Assembly: GCA_013239625.1 (NCBI GenBank)
Contig: MU054166.1
Location: forward strand, 508,598 to 562,691
Length of the DNA stretch: 54,094 nt
Reading direction: 5' to 3'
Source of the DNA: Lama guanicoe
Taxonomy: Eukaryota
Shown here: positions 13,370 to 26,849 of the stretch, piece after piece
Position numbering within the stretch: the stretch's first letter is position 1
Layout of the letters: each line of letters starts with the position of its first letter
The notes under the pieces: generated by a model
Databases searched by the model: none
Seen by the model: only the letters and a program-made list of their open reading frames with translations
What the model was told of the DNA's origin: nothing
Program-made: the position numbers and the translations under genes

Positions 13370-14220
13370 AAAGTTTCACACTACACAACTTTACACCTCA
13401 AGTATCTAGGAGAAAACAGAAAGAATAAAGAAGAAATTTGAATGAATGAGAGAAAGGCAAATAACAAGAGAAAAAATTGAAAAGATAAAAAAAATACCTA
13501 AGTGTGTTTCTTTTAAACATAAACTGGACAAATGGTTAGGTTTGCTAAGAAAATAAAGACTCAAATAAAATTAGAAATAAAAGAGAAGATATAACAACTG
13601 ATGTTGTAGAGATGCAAAGCATCATAAGAAATAACCACTAGCCACCAATTTGAATGACCTAGAACAAAAGACAAATTCCGAGAAACATACGTCTTCCAAT
13701 ACTGAATCAAGAAGAAATGAGAAAGATAATAGAGCGAAACTGTGTTTGAGTAAGTCAATAATGCAAACTTTCAAAACCAGAAAAATTTACAAGACGAGTT
13801 TACTGGTGAATTCTGCCAAACATTTGAAGACAATTTTTCACCAATTCTTCCCCAAATCATCCGAGAATTTGAAGGGGGTGAAAGATTCCAAACATTTTTT
13901 ATAATATGTGCTTTATTTTCTAAACAAGCTAGAAAGGACATTATATGCAAAATACAGAATATTATCCCTGATGAACATATGTGCCAAAATTCTCAACAAA
14001 TCACAAGCAAAATGAATTGAACAACACATTTAATGTATCATAAACATACATGAGTAAAGGGATTTATCCCTGGGTTTAAGGATACTTCATAATATTCAAA
14101 TCAAAAAAGGTGACATGCCACACTAATAAAATGAGTAAAAGAACTCACATAATCATCTCAATAGGTGCAGAAAGGGCATTGTGTAAAATGCAACATCCTT
14201 TTAAGATACTCCCAACAAAT
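13370..14220 (+). mobile_element. Old LINE-1 ORF2 fragment
   Basis: ACTGAATCAAGAAGAAA, TACTGGTGAATTCTGCCAAACATTT and ATCATCTCAATAGGTGCAGAAA. Confidence 0.85.
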
Positions 14221-14231
14221 TAAATTGACCC

Positions 14232-14665
14232 TGTCAGTGTCACAATATCATTTACACACACTGTGTGGAGATAAGCGAAACAGTTCTCTATTTTGATTCT
14301 TAGAAGAAGGTTTTATATAGGACTTGCACAACGCATCACATATAATCAAAGTTATAACAATGTTAATAATCTTAAGCAATTTATGTTCCCATGCTCCTGC
14401 AGTAAGCGCAGGATGTTATATAATCAAGTATTATTTTAAAGTTCATCATGGAACTTCATTAAGTAGGCCATCTCTTATCCAGCTGGCTGTGCCTGCCTTA
14501 GGATGTCCTACTCTGAGGATCTTACCCATCATAGGCTATCCAGCCTTCCATACTGTATACATTGAGTAGGCCACTTCTTATCCAGCCAGGGTATGTGACA
14601 CTCCTCACAGCTTATCAGTTCAGCCCATGGGCTTATTCTCTAGAGCCTTCAGACAGGGGCCTACA
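14232..14665 (-). mobile_element. ERV solo LTR, copy 1 (434 bp)
   Basis: TG...CA termini, flanks GACCC/AACAC (decayed TSD), a minus-strand TATATAAAA at ~14311-14319 and an internal ~22-bp direct repeat. Confidence 0.75.
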
Positions 14666-14729
14666 AACACAACATCCCGTGACAGAAAAATGGATGATGA
14701 AAATTTGATGTATATATGCAATGGAATCA

Positions 14730-15624
14730 ATACTTTGCGTTCCTATCCACAGTGTCCACGGTGTTCATTTTTCTCCAAAATCTCACCAACATCTATTTCT
14801 TTTCTTTTTGATGAGAGCCTCCTGACAAGTGTGAGGTCTTGTCTCATTTTAGGTTTATGACTCTCCTAATAATTTATAACTCTGAACAAATTTTCATGTG
14901 TCATATAGCCAACTGTATGTTTTCTACAGAAAATTGATTCAGATCTATCTATTCAGTTCCTATGGACTTTTTTTAATTGGATTATTTGCTCTTTTTTGTT
15001 GTTGTTTTGGGGTAAGAGTTTGCCATATATTTTTGATATTAACACTTGATTGGAAATTATCACTTGAAAATATGTTCTACCGTTGTGTTGGATGACTTTT
15101 CATTTTATTGACCATTTGTTTTGCAGTGTAAATCTGTTTAGTGTGACACAATCATATCTTGTTAGAGTTAATTCTGCTTCCCTTGTCAGAGGAGACATTT
15201 ATAGAATCAAATTAAGTCCAATGTCAGAGTGTACTTCTTATGTTTTACCCTAGGATTCTTTAATTTCAGGTTTTATGTTTTATATGCCCAGGAGTGGGAT
15301 TGCTGTGTCATATGATAGGTCTAATTTATTATTTAAAGCACTTCCATACTGTTTCCATAGTGGTTTCACCAATTTTGATTCCCACCCACTGCGTTGGAGA
15401 GTCCCTTTTTCTCCAAAATCTCCCCTGTCTTTATTATTTGTAGACATTTGGACGACAGCCCTTCTCATTTGTGTGAGGTAAAACATTACTTTATTTTTGT
15501 CTTCCCTTTGTATAATGATTAGCAATGTGAGCACGTTTTTATTTTCCTGTTTGTCATCCGTGTGTCTTTTTTAGAGAATTGTCTTCTGCTCATTTTCTGG
15601 CTGAGTTGTTTGTAGATTTTTGAA
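14730..15624 (-). mobile_element. Old LINE-1 3'-ORF2 fragments (two pieces joined near 15275)
   Basis: CCAGGAGTGGGATTGCTG and GTGTGAGGT. ORF 15280..15534 gives KLVKPLWKQYG...YDTAIPLLGI. Confidence 0.85.
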
Positions 15625-15634
15625 CTTTTTACAT

Positions 15635-18600
15635 TATTGTAAATAGTGCTGGCTATAAATATTGGGGTGCAGGTGTCATCCAGAAGTAGGGTTCCTTCAT
15701 GATTTATGGCCAGGAGCGTGTTTCCTGGGTCATATGCTAAGTCTATACCCAGGCTTTTGATGAATCTCCATCCTGTTTTCCACAGTGGCTGCACCAAACT
15801 GCATTGCCACCAGCAGTGAAGGACGGTTCCATTTTCTCCACGGCATCTCCTGCATTTGTCATTTGTAGATATTGGAATGATGGCCATTCTGAATGGTGTG
15901 AGGTGATACCTCATTGTAGTTTTGATTTGAATTTCTCAGATAATCAGTGATATTGAGTATTTTCTGATGTGCCATTGGTCATTTGTATGTCTTCCTTGCA
16001 GAATTTCTTGTTTAGGTCTTCTGCCAATTTTTTCATTGGGTGATTTATTTTTTCTTCTTTAGTTGGATGCGCTGCTTATACAGTCTGGAGATCAAGCCTT
16101 TGTCGGTTTCATATTCAGTTTTTTCCCATTCCGTAGGTTGTAGTTTTTACTTCCAGTTTCTTTACTGTGCAGAAGCTTGTAAGTTTCATTAGGTCTCATT
16201 TGTTTATTCTTGCTTTTAATTTTTCTACAAGGAAATTTATGAAACGTATGTCAGATACTGTTTTGCCTATATTTTCCACTTGGAAGTTTATTCTATCTTG
16301 TCTTATGTATAAGTCTTTGATCCATTCTGTGTTTATTTTTGTGTATGGTGTTCTAGGTTCATTGGGAGTGTTCTAGCCTCATTGATTTACATGCTGTTGT
16401 CCAGTTTTCCCAACACCAATTGCTGAAGAGACTGTGTCTCTTCCATTGTAATTTCTTGTCTCCTTTGTCTAAGATTAATTGACCAAAGTTTGTGGGTTTA
16501 TTTCTGGGTTCTCTATTCTGTTCCGTTGGCCTATATGTACATTTTCCAACCAATACAGTGCTGTCATGTTGACTGTAGCTCTATAGAATTGTCTGAAACA
16601 TTAGCGTTAAGAAATGCCACTGATTTTTTGAACTTTAATCTTGTAACCTGCTACATTGCTGAATTCTTCGATCAGCTGTAATAGTTTTTCTCTGGATCTT
16701 GTAGGGTTTTCTATATATAGTAACATTGTCTGCATATAGTGAGACTTTAAAACCTCTTACTCCAATTTGCATCCCTTTTACTTCTTTCTCTTGTTTGATT
16801 GCTGTGGCTAGGTCTTCCAAGGCTATGTTGAGTTGGGGTGGTGATAGTGTGCATCCTTGTCTTGTCCCAGATTTTAGTGGGAGGATTTTGACTTTCTCAC
16901 TATTCAGTACTATGCTGGCTGTAGGTTTGTAATCTATAGCTTTTATGATGCTGAGATATGTTGCCTCTATGCCCAATTTGGTGAGAGTTTTTATCATAAG
17001 TGTGTGTTAATTTTATCAAATGCTTTTCCTGCATCTATTGAGATGTTCACGCTGTTTTGGTCGTTTCTCTTGTTGATGTGCTTTATTATATTGATTGATT
17101 TGCATATGTTGAACCACCCCTGTGTCTCTGGCATGATCCCCACTTGTTCATGATGTATAATCTTTTTTCTCTGTTTTTGGACTCTATTTGCTACTATTTT
17201 GGTGAGGATATTGGCTTCTGTGTTCATCACTGCTATTGGCTTATAATTGTCTTGTTTGGTATTGTCTTATCCTGGTTGTGGTATCAGGGTAATTGTGGCT
17301 TCATAGAATGACTTTGGGAGTATTCCTTCCTTTTCAATCTTCTGGAAGATTTTGAGAANNNNNNNNNNNNNNNNNNNNNNNNNNNNNNNNNNNNNNNNNN
17401 NNNNNNNNNNNNNNNNNNNNNNNNNNNNNNNNNNNNNNNNNNNNNNNNNNNNNNNNNNNNNNNNNNNNNNNNNNNNNNNNNNNNNNNNNNNNNNNNNNNN
17501 NNNNNNNNNNNNNNNNNNNNNNNNNNNNNNNNNNNNNNNNNNNNNNNNNNNNNNNNNNNNNNNNNNNNNNNNNNNNNNNNNNNNNNNNNNNNNNNNNNNN
17601 NNNNNNNNNNNNNNNNNNNNNNNNNNNNNNNNNNNNNNNNNNNNNNNNNNNNNNNNNNNNNNNNNNNNNNNNNNNNNNNNNNNNNNNNNNNNNNNNNNNN
17701 NNNNNNNNNNNNNNNNNNNNNNNNNNNNNNNNNNNNNNNNNNNNNNNNNNNNNNNNNNNNNNNNNNNNNNNNNNNNNNNNNNNNNNNNNNNNNNNNNNNN
17801 NNNNNNNNNNNNNNNNNNNNNNNNNNNNNNNNNNNNNNNNNNNNNNNNNNNNNNNNNNNNNNNNNNNNNNNNNNNNNNNNNNNNNNNNNNNNNNNNNNNN
17901 NNNNNNNNNNNNNNNNNNNNNNNNNNNNNNNNNNNNNNNNNNNNNNNNNNNNNNNNNNNNNNNNNNNNNNNNNNNNNNNNNNNNNNNNNNNNNNNNNNNN
18001 NNNNNNNNNNNNNNNNNNNNNNNNNNNNNNNNNNNNNNNNNNNNNNNNNNNNNNNNNNNNNNNNNNNNNNNNNNNNNNNNNNNNNNNNNNNNNNNNNGCT
18101 TGAGGTAATTTTTATCTTCTTAAAATTGCTGAAGTTTCTTTTGTGCCCAAGTATATCACGAATCCTGGAAAATGTCCCATGTGCACTTGAAAAGAATGCA
18201 TATACTATTTTGTGGGTGGTGCAATTCTCCGAAAATATCCACCAAGTGTAATATTTCTATTGTATTATTTAAATTGTCTGTTGCCTAATTTACTTTCTAT
18301 CTCAATGATCTGTCCAGTGATGTTAATGCAGTGTTGAAATCTCCAACCATGTTTAGATTCCCATCACTATCCCATTTATATGTGTTAGTAATTTTTTCAT
18401 GTACTTAGGTAGTCCTCTATTTGGTGCCTATGTATTAACAAGTGTGTTATCCTCATCTTGTATCACTCCTTCAATCATTATAATATGTCCTTCCTTATTT
18501 TTCTTTATGTCCTTTGTTTTAAAGACTGTTTTGTCTGAAGTCAGTACTGCAACATCTGCTTTTTTGGTTTTTCCCATTGTATGGAATGCCCTTTTCCATC

Positions 18601-21593
18601 GTTTCACTCTCAATCTGTTTGTTTCCTTCTCGCTGAAGTGGGTCTCTTGTATGCAGCATATTGATGGTTCTTGCTTTATTATCCAGCATGCCACTCAATA
18701 ACATTGAATGGAGCATTTAGTCCATTAACATTTACAATAATCGATGATATGTTTGTGTTTATTGTCATTTTGACCTTATCTTTGCAGTTGATATTTTATT
18801 CCGTCTTTGTTCGTTTGATCTTCCTTTTTTGGTTTGGTCATTTTCCTTTGCATCATCATGAAATTGATTCAGTTTTATTGACTCCCTGAATATGTTTTTG
18901 TCTTGTTTTTACCCTTTTATATGTCTATTAGACCATTAGTATAACTGATTTTATTAAACTGATAGTAACATGATCTCAAATACATCCTACCGAGAACAAA
19001 TATTTTAAAATGAAAGACCCCCCAAGAAAAAAATTCTCTATTTTCCTACCTCCATTTCCACTCTCAATGATTTGTATGTCTTTTTTTAAAATTTTGTGTT
19101 TATTTTATTTCTAGTTCATGAGTTATCACCTTTCCAGCTGTGAGATTCCTATTTCTGTAGCATCCTGCTGCTTTTCTTTTTAGAGTGGACCTTTCAATAT
19201 TTCTTTTTGCATGGGTATAGTGTTGCTAAACTCTTGCAGCTTTTTCTTGTCTGTGAAATTACTTCTGTCTCCTTCTACCATAGAAAATAGCCATGCTGGT
19301 TAATGTATCCTAGGGTATATCTTTTTTTCATTCAGGACTTTGAATATATCATGCCACTCCCTTCTGTTCTGTAGTATTTGTGTTGTGAAATCAGCTGTGA
19401 GCCTTCTGGGGATTCCCTTGTAACACACTCTATGCTACTCTCATGCTGCCTTTGGGATCATTTCTTTATCCTTGGCTCTGGCCATCTTAATTATATGTTT
19501 TGTTGTGGGTTTATTTGAGGTCTTCCTGTTTGGGATAGTGTGAGATTCCTGTAGTTGGATATCTGATTCCTTCTTTCAGTTTGGGAAGTTCTCACTCATG
19601 ATTTCTTCAAACACTTTTGCAATCCCCTTTTGTCTTTCCTCCCATTCTGGGACTTCTATCATGCCAAGTTTGGCATGCTTTCTATTATCCCATAGGTCTC
19701 ATGCTTTTCTCATTTGTTTCTTGTTGTTTCTATTGTAGCTGTTCTGATTGGGTGCTTTCTATTGTCCTGTCTTCTAGGTCACTAATTCATTCCTCTGCAT
19801 TATCTAGTCAGCTTTGTGACCCCTTTAGATCATTCCTCATCTCAGTCAACAGGTTTACCTATTCTACTGGGCTTTTCTTTATAGCTTCCATTTCATTTTT
19901 AACATATTTTATATCTCTAAACGCTATCTTTTATTTCCTTCATTAATTTGATCCCACCTTTTTTGAAATCTTGATCTAGTAGGCTATTGATATCTATTTC
20001 ACTGATTGTACTTTCATAGGATTTCTCTTGTTCTTTTAATTAGGAATGGTTTGTCTGCTTCTTCATCATGCTCCTACCTCTCTGGCACTGTGGTTTATGG
20101 AGTATCAGTTATCTACTGTGGTCCTAAAGGAGTTTACCTACCTAATGTCTATGTAGTAATACAACTAAAAGGGAGAAAAAAAGAGAGGGAGACAAAGAAT
20201 TTTAAAGAATGGGAAATAAATGTTTGAAGACAATGTATAATACATAATAGAAGAGCAAGTTGAAGCAGAGTTTTGAAAAATAATAATAATAAAAATATTT
20301 TTAAAAAATTTCAATGGGATTTAAAAGGGGGTATATATAATTGCCTAAGAATTAAAAATTAAGAAGGTAATAGAAAATGGAACGGGTGAAAACAGATTAA
20401 AACAAGGGGGTGGTCAGTGTGTCCTGGATACTGTGTAATTTAATGTGAACTCTTTCTGTATTCATCCTGTTTTTGAAGCTCAGATTGCTTTTTCCAGAGG
20501 CCCTCCATTGGAGCCCTCATCTGTGCAGCTCCTAGGGCCTGTTGGCAAGCAGATCACTCCTACTCCCATCACTGGTTATGGAGCAGCTCTCTTTACTGTG
20601 TGCTGTCTTGTCACTGCCCTGACCGATGCCTCAGTCATATGTTTCAGACTCACCAGGCAGGAGTGGGCATAAAGCCCTCTCCCAGCCACATGGTCAGGGG
20701 CTGTGTTCCATCCCAAAAGTTGGTGGGACATCAGCCCCCTCAGGGTGCCTGTTTCTCCACTGTTATGTGCCCTGTCACTGATCTGGGCCAAAACCCAGCT
20801 CCTTGTTTGCCTTGATAGAGCAAGTTCTCTGAAGAAATAGGACAGAAATATCTTATCTGCCTCAGGCTGTAAACAAGTCCCCTTCTCGCACTTGAGGCTG
20901 CTAAGTCCTTAGGAGTGAATGCAGATTTGTTCTCACTGCTGCCAGGGTGCAAAGCACCAGAGGCTATGGTGGCTGTGTCTGAGCCCTAGGTCTCTTGTCC
21001 TAGATAATTTTGTAGATTTTCAGAGATTCTGAATGCACCTTTCCCCTCCCAGGGATTGTCTGCCTTGTTGTTTAATGGAGGGCCCAGTTTGTTCTGCCCT
21101 ATGAACCCACAGCAATGGTGCACATCCCCCTTAATTCCCCCGGGCTGCCTCAGTGCAGCCATCTTCATCCTCCACCCAGTTCAGGCAGCATGGCCCTGCC
21201 CCCAGCTGCCAGGATGCCTCTTGGGCTTGTTGTCACAGGGATCCTCACTGCCTGTTTAACTTAGTACTTATACTCTATAGAGTTCCAATTCTTGGAGGAT
21301 CCCCCTCCATCCTGCTGAACTCTCAGTTGGAGAGGGGAGACAGAATGAGCACCTTCTTTGCTGCTCCCTCCCTGTGGGACCTGTCCCAATCTGTTTTGCC
21401 TTTTCTTCTTTCTTTCTTCATTTTCTCCTACAAGATATTTTGCATTTTTATCTTTTGAATAGGACAGTGTACTATCAGAGACCTGTAGGTTTTCTGGTTA
21501 GCTGAATAGGTCTGTGGATGTGAGTCTTGGTTCATTTGTGGGAAAGGGTGAGTATCGAGCATCCTTCTACTCCACCACTTTGGCCTCCACCCC
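15635..21593 (-). mobile_element. Near full-length LINE-1 (5'UTR, ORF1, ORF2, all decayed); 3' end deleted; spans a gap
   Basis: The minus-strand 5' start reads GGAGGCCAAAGTGGTGGAGTAGAAGGATGC. ORF2 peptides include [26 protein letters not shown] and MRYHLTP. Confidence 0.95.
17359..18097. other. Assembly gap (739 N)
   Basis: Run of N. Confidence 0.99.
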
Positions 21594-21619
21594 AAAAATC
21601 GCACTTTTTGGTGGGGAAT

Positions 21620-24600
21620 ATAAACACAGCCTGGAAGAACAAGAAAGTGCAGTTTGCAATGCTCAACTCATACAAAATACGTTTTAAAATAAGGGCCACA
21701 ATGCAAGATAAATATGAGATTATATTAAGAGAAAGAGATCAATATAAAAATAGAGTATTACACTCATTAAATTATATATGGACCCAACTCCGTAGATCCT
21801 AAGTATAAAAAGAAATATTAGTAGAAATGAAGGAATTAATTCATTATGAAACAATAATAGTAGATGAGTTGAACACCTCACTATTCTGTTGGCTATATCC
21901 TCCAGAAAGAATATCTGTAAGGGAACAGAGGTCTTAATGGCATATTAGATCATTTGAACCTAACTGAGATATTGGACACTGCATCAGAAAAGGAGAACAC
22001 ATAAACTTCTCCAGTGTGCACAGGATGTTATCTAAGGAATTATCCACATATTATGTAATGAAATGAGCCTCAGGAACTTTTAACAAATACAGATTACAGC
22101 AAGTATTTTTCCATACACAAAATTATGAAACTATGCATCAACTCTAGAAAGAACAGGAAAAGCACAAACATGAGATTAAACCTCATCCTTTAAAAAAATA
22201 AAATAAAACAAGGTCAATGATGAAACCAGAGGGGTAATAAAATCATTCCTGGAGACAAATTTCAATGAAAACACAATTTCATCAAATGTATGGGATGCAT
22301 TAAAGGTAAATCTAAGAGGGAAGCTTAGAACAATTGAGGCCTTCTACGAGGAAAAATGAAAACCTCACAGAAAGAATAAAGCTTACCAACTGAAATAACT
22401 AGATATAAGAACAAACAAAATGCAAAGGCAGTAGAATGAGTAATCTTTAATGATTAGGTTGAAAATCAATAAAATAAAAATTAAAAAATAAGTTAAAATT
22501 CATAAAATCAACAGGTTTTTTTCTTAAAAATATTAAGAAATTGATAAGCATTTAGCTAGGCTTATCAATAAATACAGGGTTGACCCAAACAAAATAATAA
22601 ATGAAATATTAGAAATAATATCTGACAGTACAGAAATGCAAAGATTATGAAAGCACTCTGAGCAGTTACGTGACAACCAACTGGACGACCTTAAGGAGAC
22701 AAATTTCTTGAAGCATACAGCCTGCCATCACTGAATAAAAAGATAACTGAAAACTTGAAAAAAGCAATAAGTATAATTTAAATAAAGTCTATAGTTTTAA
22801 AAACACCCCTTGAACAAAATCCCTGGATGCCTTCACTAAAACCTCTTTCCTCTCAACTATTTCAAAAAATGTATTAGGAAGGAAAATTCCCAAAGTTATT
22901 CTATGATGCCTCCAATACCATGATAACAAAACCAGTCAAAGACACTACCAAAAAAAGAAATGAAAATATAAAGCCAATTTCCTTGGTTAATATACATTAA
23001 AAAATCCTCAACAGAACATCAATAAATTAATCCAGCAATACATAGAAAGGATTATACATGATGATCAGTTGGATTCTTTCCAGAGTCACAGGGATGGTTC
23101 AACACACACAAGTCAATCAGCATGACACGTATTTAATAAAGGAAGGACAAAATCCACAGGACCATGTCAATACACACAGAAAAAGCATTAGACAAAATTC
23201 AACATACATTCATGATCAGAACTCTCATGATAGAGAGTATAATGTGAACATCTCTCAACATACTATAGGCCATTTATAACAATTTATAATACTTAGGGGA
23301 AAAGCTGAAAACATTCTGGGTAAATTCGGGAACAAGACAAGGATTCCTACTCTCAGCACTTCTGTTCTATAGTAATAGAAGAAAGGAAAAGGAAAGAAAA
23401 AGAAGAAAAAGAAATGCAAAATTGAAAGAAAGAGGCAGAATTGGCACCAGTACTGATGACATAACAATCTATATAGAGTCCTTAGTTCTCCACACAGACT
23501 AATAGCAACAATAAATAATTTCAACAAGGGAGCAGGGTACAAGATTAATGTAAAGTTTTCTCTTGCATTTCTACATGTTATTTATGAAATTCCATAAATT
23601 GGACGTTGAGAGCAATACTATTTAAAATTCCATTACCCCGAAAACCTTGGAATAAATGTAACCACATATATGAAAGATCTAAACACTGAAACTTAAAAAA
23701 CATTTGCAGAGAAATTAAAAATTATTCATAAAAATGGAAAGATGTCTTGTGCTCTTGGATTGAAGGAGTTAATATTGTTAACATGGCCGAGCTACACAAA
23801 GAAACATACAAATTTAGTGCAATTCCTGTTATGAAGCTGTAATATTTCCAACAGAAGCAGAAAATAAATAACTCTAAGTTTTACATGAAACCATTAAANN
23901 NNNNNNNNNNNNNNNNNNNNNNNNNNNNNNNNNNNNNNNNNNNNNNNNNNNNNNNNNNNNNNNNNNNNNNNNNNNNNNNNNNNNNNNNNNNNNNATGACA
24001 TTGGAGATATAATCAATAAAATCAGATAGAGAGCCTAGAAATAATTCCACACACCTATGAGCAATGAATCAATGTTAAAAGAGGCAAGAGTACACAATGG
24101 AGAAAAGACAGTCTTGTCAATGGATGGTTTTTGGGAAGCTGGATATCTGCATGTAAAAAAGTGAAATGAGAGCATTCCCTGACATCATATATAAAAATAA
24201 ACTCCAAGTTTATTAAGGACCTAAATGTAAGACCTGATACTGTATAACTTCTAGAAGGTGATATATGTGATACACTATTGGATATATATCATAGGAATAA
24301 TTTCTTGTATCAGTCTCTTAAGGCAAAAGAAATAAAAGCAAAGATAAGCAAGTGAAACCTAAATAAATTTGAAAACTTCTGCACACCTATGGACACTTTG
24401 AATGAAATGAAAACACTGCCTAAGTAATTGGAGAACATATTTGCAAACAATGCAAGTGACCAGGGTGAAATAGAGGGAATTAGACACAATAACTTATAAT
24501 AATTTTATGTTATAATTATTGTAATAATTTATAATGCAATCTAATCTAATAATTGGTTGGAATCACTATGCTGTACACCTGAAACTATACAATATAGTAT

Positions 24601-24630
24601 ATCTACTGTACTTCAATTAAAAATAAAAAA
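21620..24630 (+). mobile_element. Old LINE-1 ORF2 plus L1 3'-terminal segment
   Basis: Decayed EN/RT motifs (CAGGGATGGTTCAAC, GGAACAAGACAAGGA) and a terminus AATCACTATGCTGTACACCTGAAACT...TACTTCAATTAAAAA. Confidence 0.85.
23899..23994. other. Assembly gap (96 N)
   Basis: Run of N. Confidence 0.99.
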
Positions 24631-24899
24631 TCTCATTTATAATTTAGTCCTTTTTCCGCTGATAGCATCTTCTTTTAATATTATTTTATTATTACTCATT
24701 ACCTTTTATGATAACTGACTCAAATTATTTCTATTTCTGTTGTAACATGTTACTAGATTGAGGTACCTATATTTATTGCATCTGAATTACAATTTTTCTC
24801 TCATTAATTCATATAGAATAGTAGCATATAAAAACATAACCAAAGAAACAGTTGCAATTTTCTCGTAGTCTCTGCTTAGTATTTTGTTCAATGTTTTGT

Positions 24900-26630
24900 G
24901 TATATTTGCCATTTTATTTTTCTTAGAATAGCTCTTTTCTGAACCTCTTGTAATGTGTCTCAGTTTTCTTTTTTACATTTCATTCATGTTTGTTTGTCTG
25001 GTATATTCTTTATTTTTACTTTACACCTAAGTGATAACTGTGCAAGGTAGAGTATCCTTGGGTGAGAGATTTCTTATTTCAGCAGTTTGAAAATGTCATT
25101 TTAATTACCCTTGGTGTATGTTTTCTGCTCAGCAATCTGCTGATAGCCTGATGGGGATTCCTATGTAGATTAACATAACTTTTTTGGCTGCCTTTAAAAT
25201 TTTTCTCTGGCATTGACTTGCCAATTTGCATATGGCGTATCTTGTAGAAGGTCTCATTGACTTAAAGTTATTGGTGTTGTGTTGGCTCACGGAATTGTAT
25301 GTGAGTTCCTTACACAGGTTCAGGAAGTTATCAACTATTACAACTTTAATTAAACCATCAGCTGCCTTCTAACTTTCTCCTCCCTCCAGGATTTACTCTA
25401 ATGTGAAATTCTTGAAGAAGTCCGATGGCTATTTTAGAATTTCCTCACTTTTTAATATCTTATATCTCTTCCCTCTCCTATCATTTCTTGTTTTGTATTG
25501 GTGAATTTGCTAATCTCTCTTCCACAAGACAGTCTTCTTCCAATGCTTTCTGTTGCATACTTCATATCATTTATTAAGTTCATCTGGTCCTCCAATAATG
25601 TTTGGTTGTTTTGTAGTTACAGTCTCTTGGGTAATGTATTCCTTATCATCATTTATTTTATTCCTGAGCTCACTAAACTGCTTTCTGAGTTTTGTTTTTT
25701 GTATTGAGATTCTGTATGACAACTCTTTGGATTCTCTATTAGTTATACGGCAATATTCCATGACCTTAATTTGTTTGCTGCAGGGTTGATATAGTGTGTG
25801 TGTGTGTTCATCTGTGTGTGCATTTGCCTGTGTGTGTGTGTCTATGTCTGTGTCAGTTTCTGTGTTTGTGTATCTGTGTGTGTACATGCCCTATATTGTT
25901 GCTGTGATTGGTCATGATCCTGGTAAATTATTGCTCTGTTGACCCTAAAAAACAGATTGTGATTTGGAGTTCTTGTTTGGTGTTACTTATCTGAGATACC
26001 TCTGATAATACTTCAAAATGGCACTTTCAAGTCTCTACTGTCTGGATAAAAGATTGCTTACATTGTCACTTCTTAGACAAATCTGGTAGTTAATGACACT
26101 GTTGTCACTGGGCCAGTGAACCCTTCCTTTTATCTGATATCCCTTAAGACTGAGTGCACACATTGAGGAAAGGTGTAAACACAGGTGGATAGTTGGAATC
26201 AGGCAAGTGCCTTTGCCATGTCCAGTGTTGCAAGGTAACTTTTCTCCACCACTGTGAATGGGAAGTAGGGAGAGCGTCATGAATGTCTGAGCATCAAAAG
26301 GATGGAAATTCTGTCTGCATTGTGGCTCCCTCCTAGTTACCTGTGACTATGATTACTGGTGCAGTTGGAAGCTGAAGCTGTGTGAACCATTGAGACCCTG
26401 TTTCTACTGGGTACTCTGAAACTCTGGACTCAGATAACCTAGTAAGTGGGCCTTGGTTGAAGGCACCAACTTGTCTCTTCCCTCAGATCAGCCATCATTA
26501 TGTGTTTTAGCCCACCAAACTTCAGCTGTACACATGTGTTCTGGAGTATTATTTTGTGTTGTAGTTATTTTTGTTGAGATGTGATCGTTTCACTGACTGT
26601 AGATGTAAAGGGAGAGACAGAAATAGTTTA
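24900..26630 (-). mobile_element. Old LINE-1 ORF1/5' region fragment (boundaries approximate)
   Basis: AATCTGCTGATAGCCTGATGGGGATTCC is a reverse-complement ORF1 motif. ORF 25567..25887 has a coiled-coil-like segment KQFSELRNKIND. Confidence 0.6.
25794..25884. repeat. Degenerate (TG)n microsatellite
   Basis: Interrupted TG repeats. Confidence 0.85.
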
Positions 26631-26849
26631 AACATATGTCACTTTATTCAAAGTTTAAACATTTACATTTAAAAGCTTAAATTCTAATAAGGACATTATA
26701 AGAACAGTAAAGAAAGTGAACTAATCACCTCCCTTAATATCAGAGTACTACAAAATATTTTGTTTTTCCTGGGTTCTTTTCTTCAATATTTTTCCCAAAT
26801 GCATGAACATTTTAGTATAATATATGCCTCTAAATTCTTTAAAATCATT

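Noticed and set aside
17352..18251. 299-aa ORF
   Set aside because: It is an artefact of the N gap.
9010..21593. Possible palindrome arms formed by L1(+) and L1(-)
   Set aside because: They are distinct, diverged L1 insertions in opposite orientation, not a high-identity palindrome.
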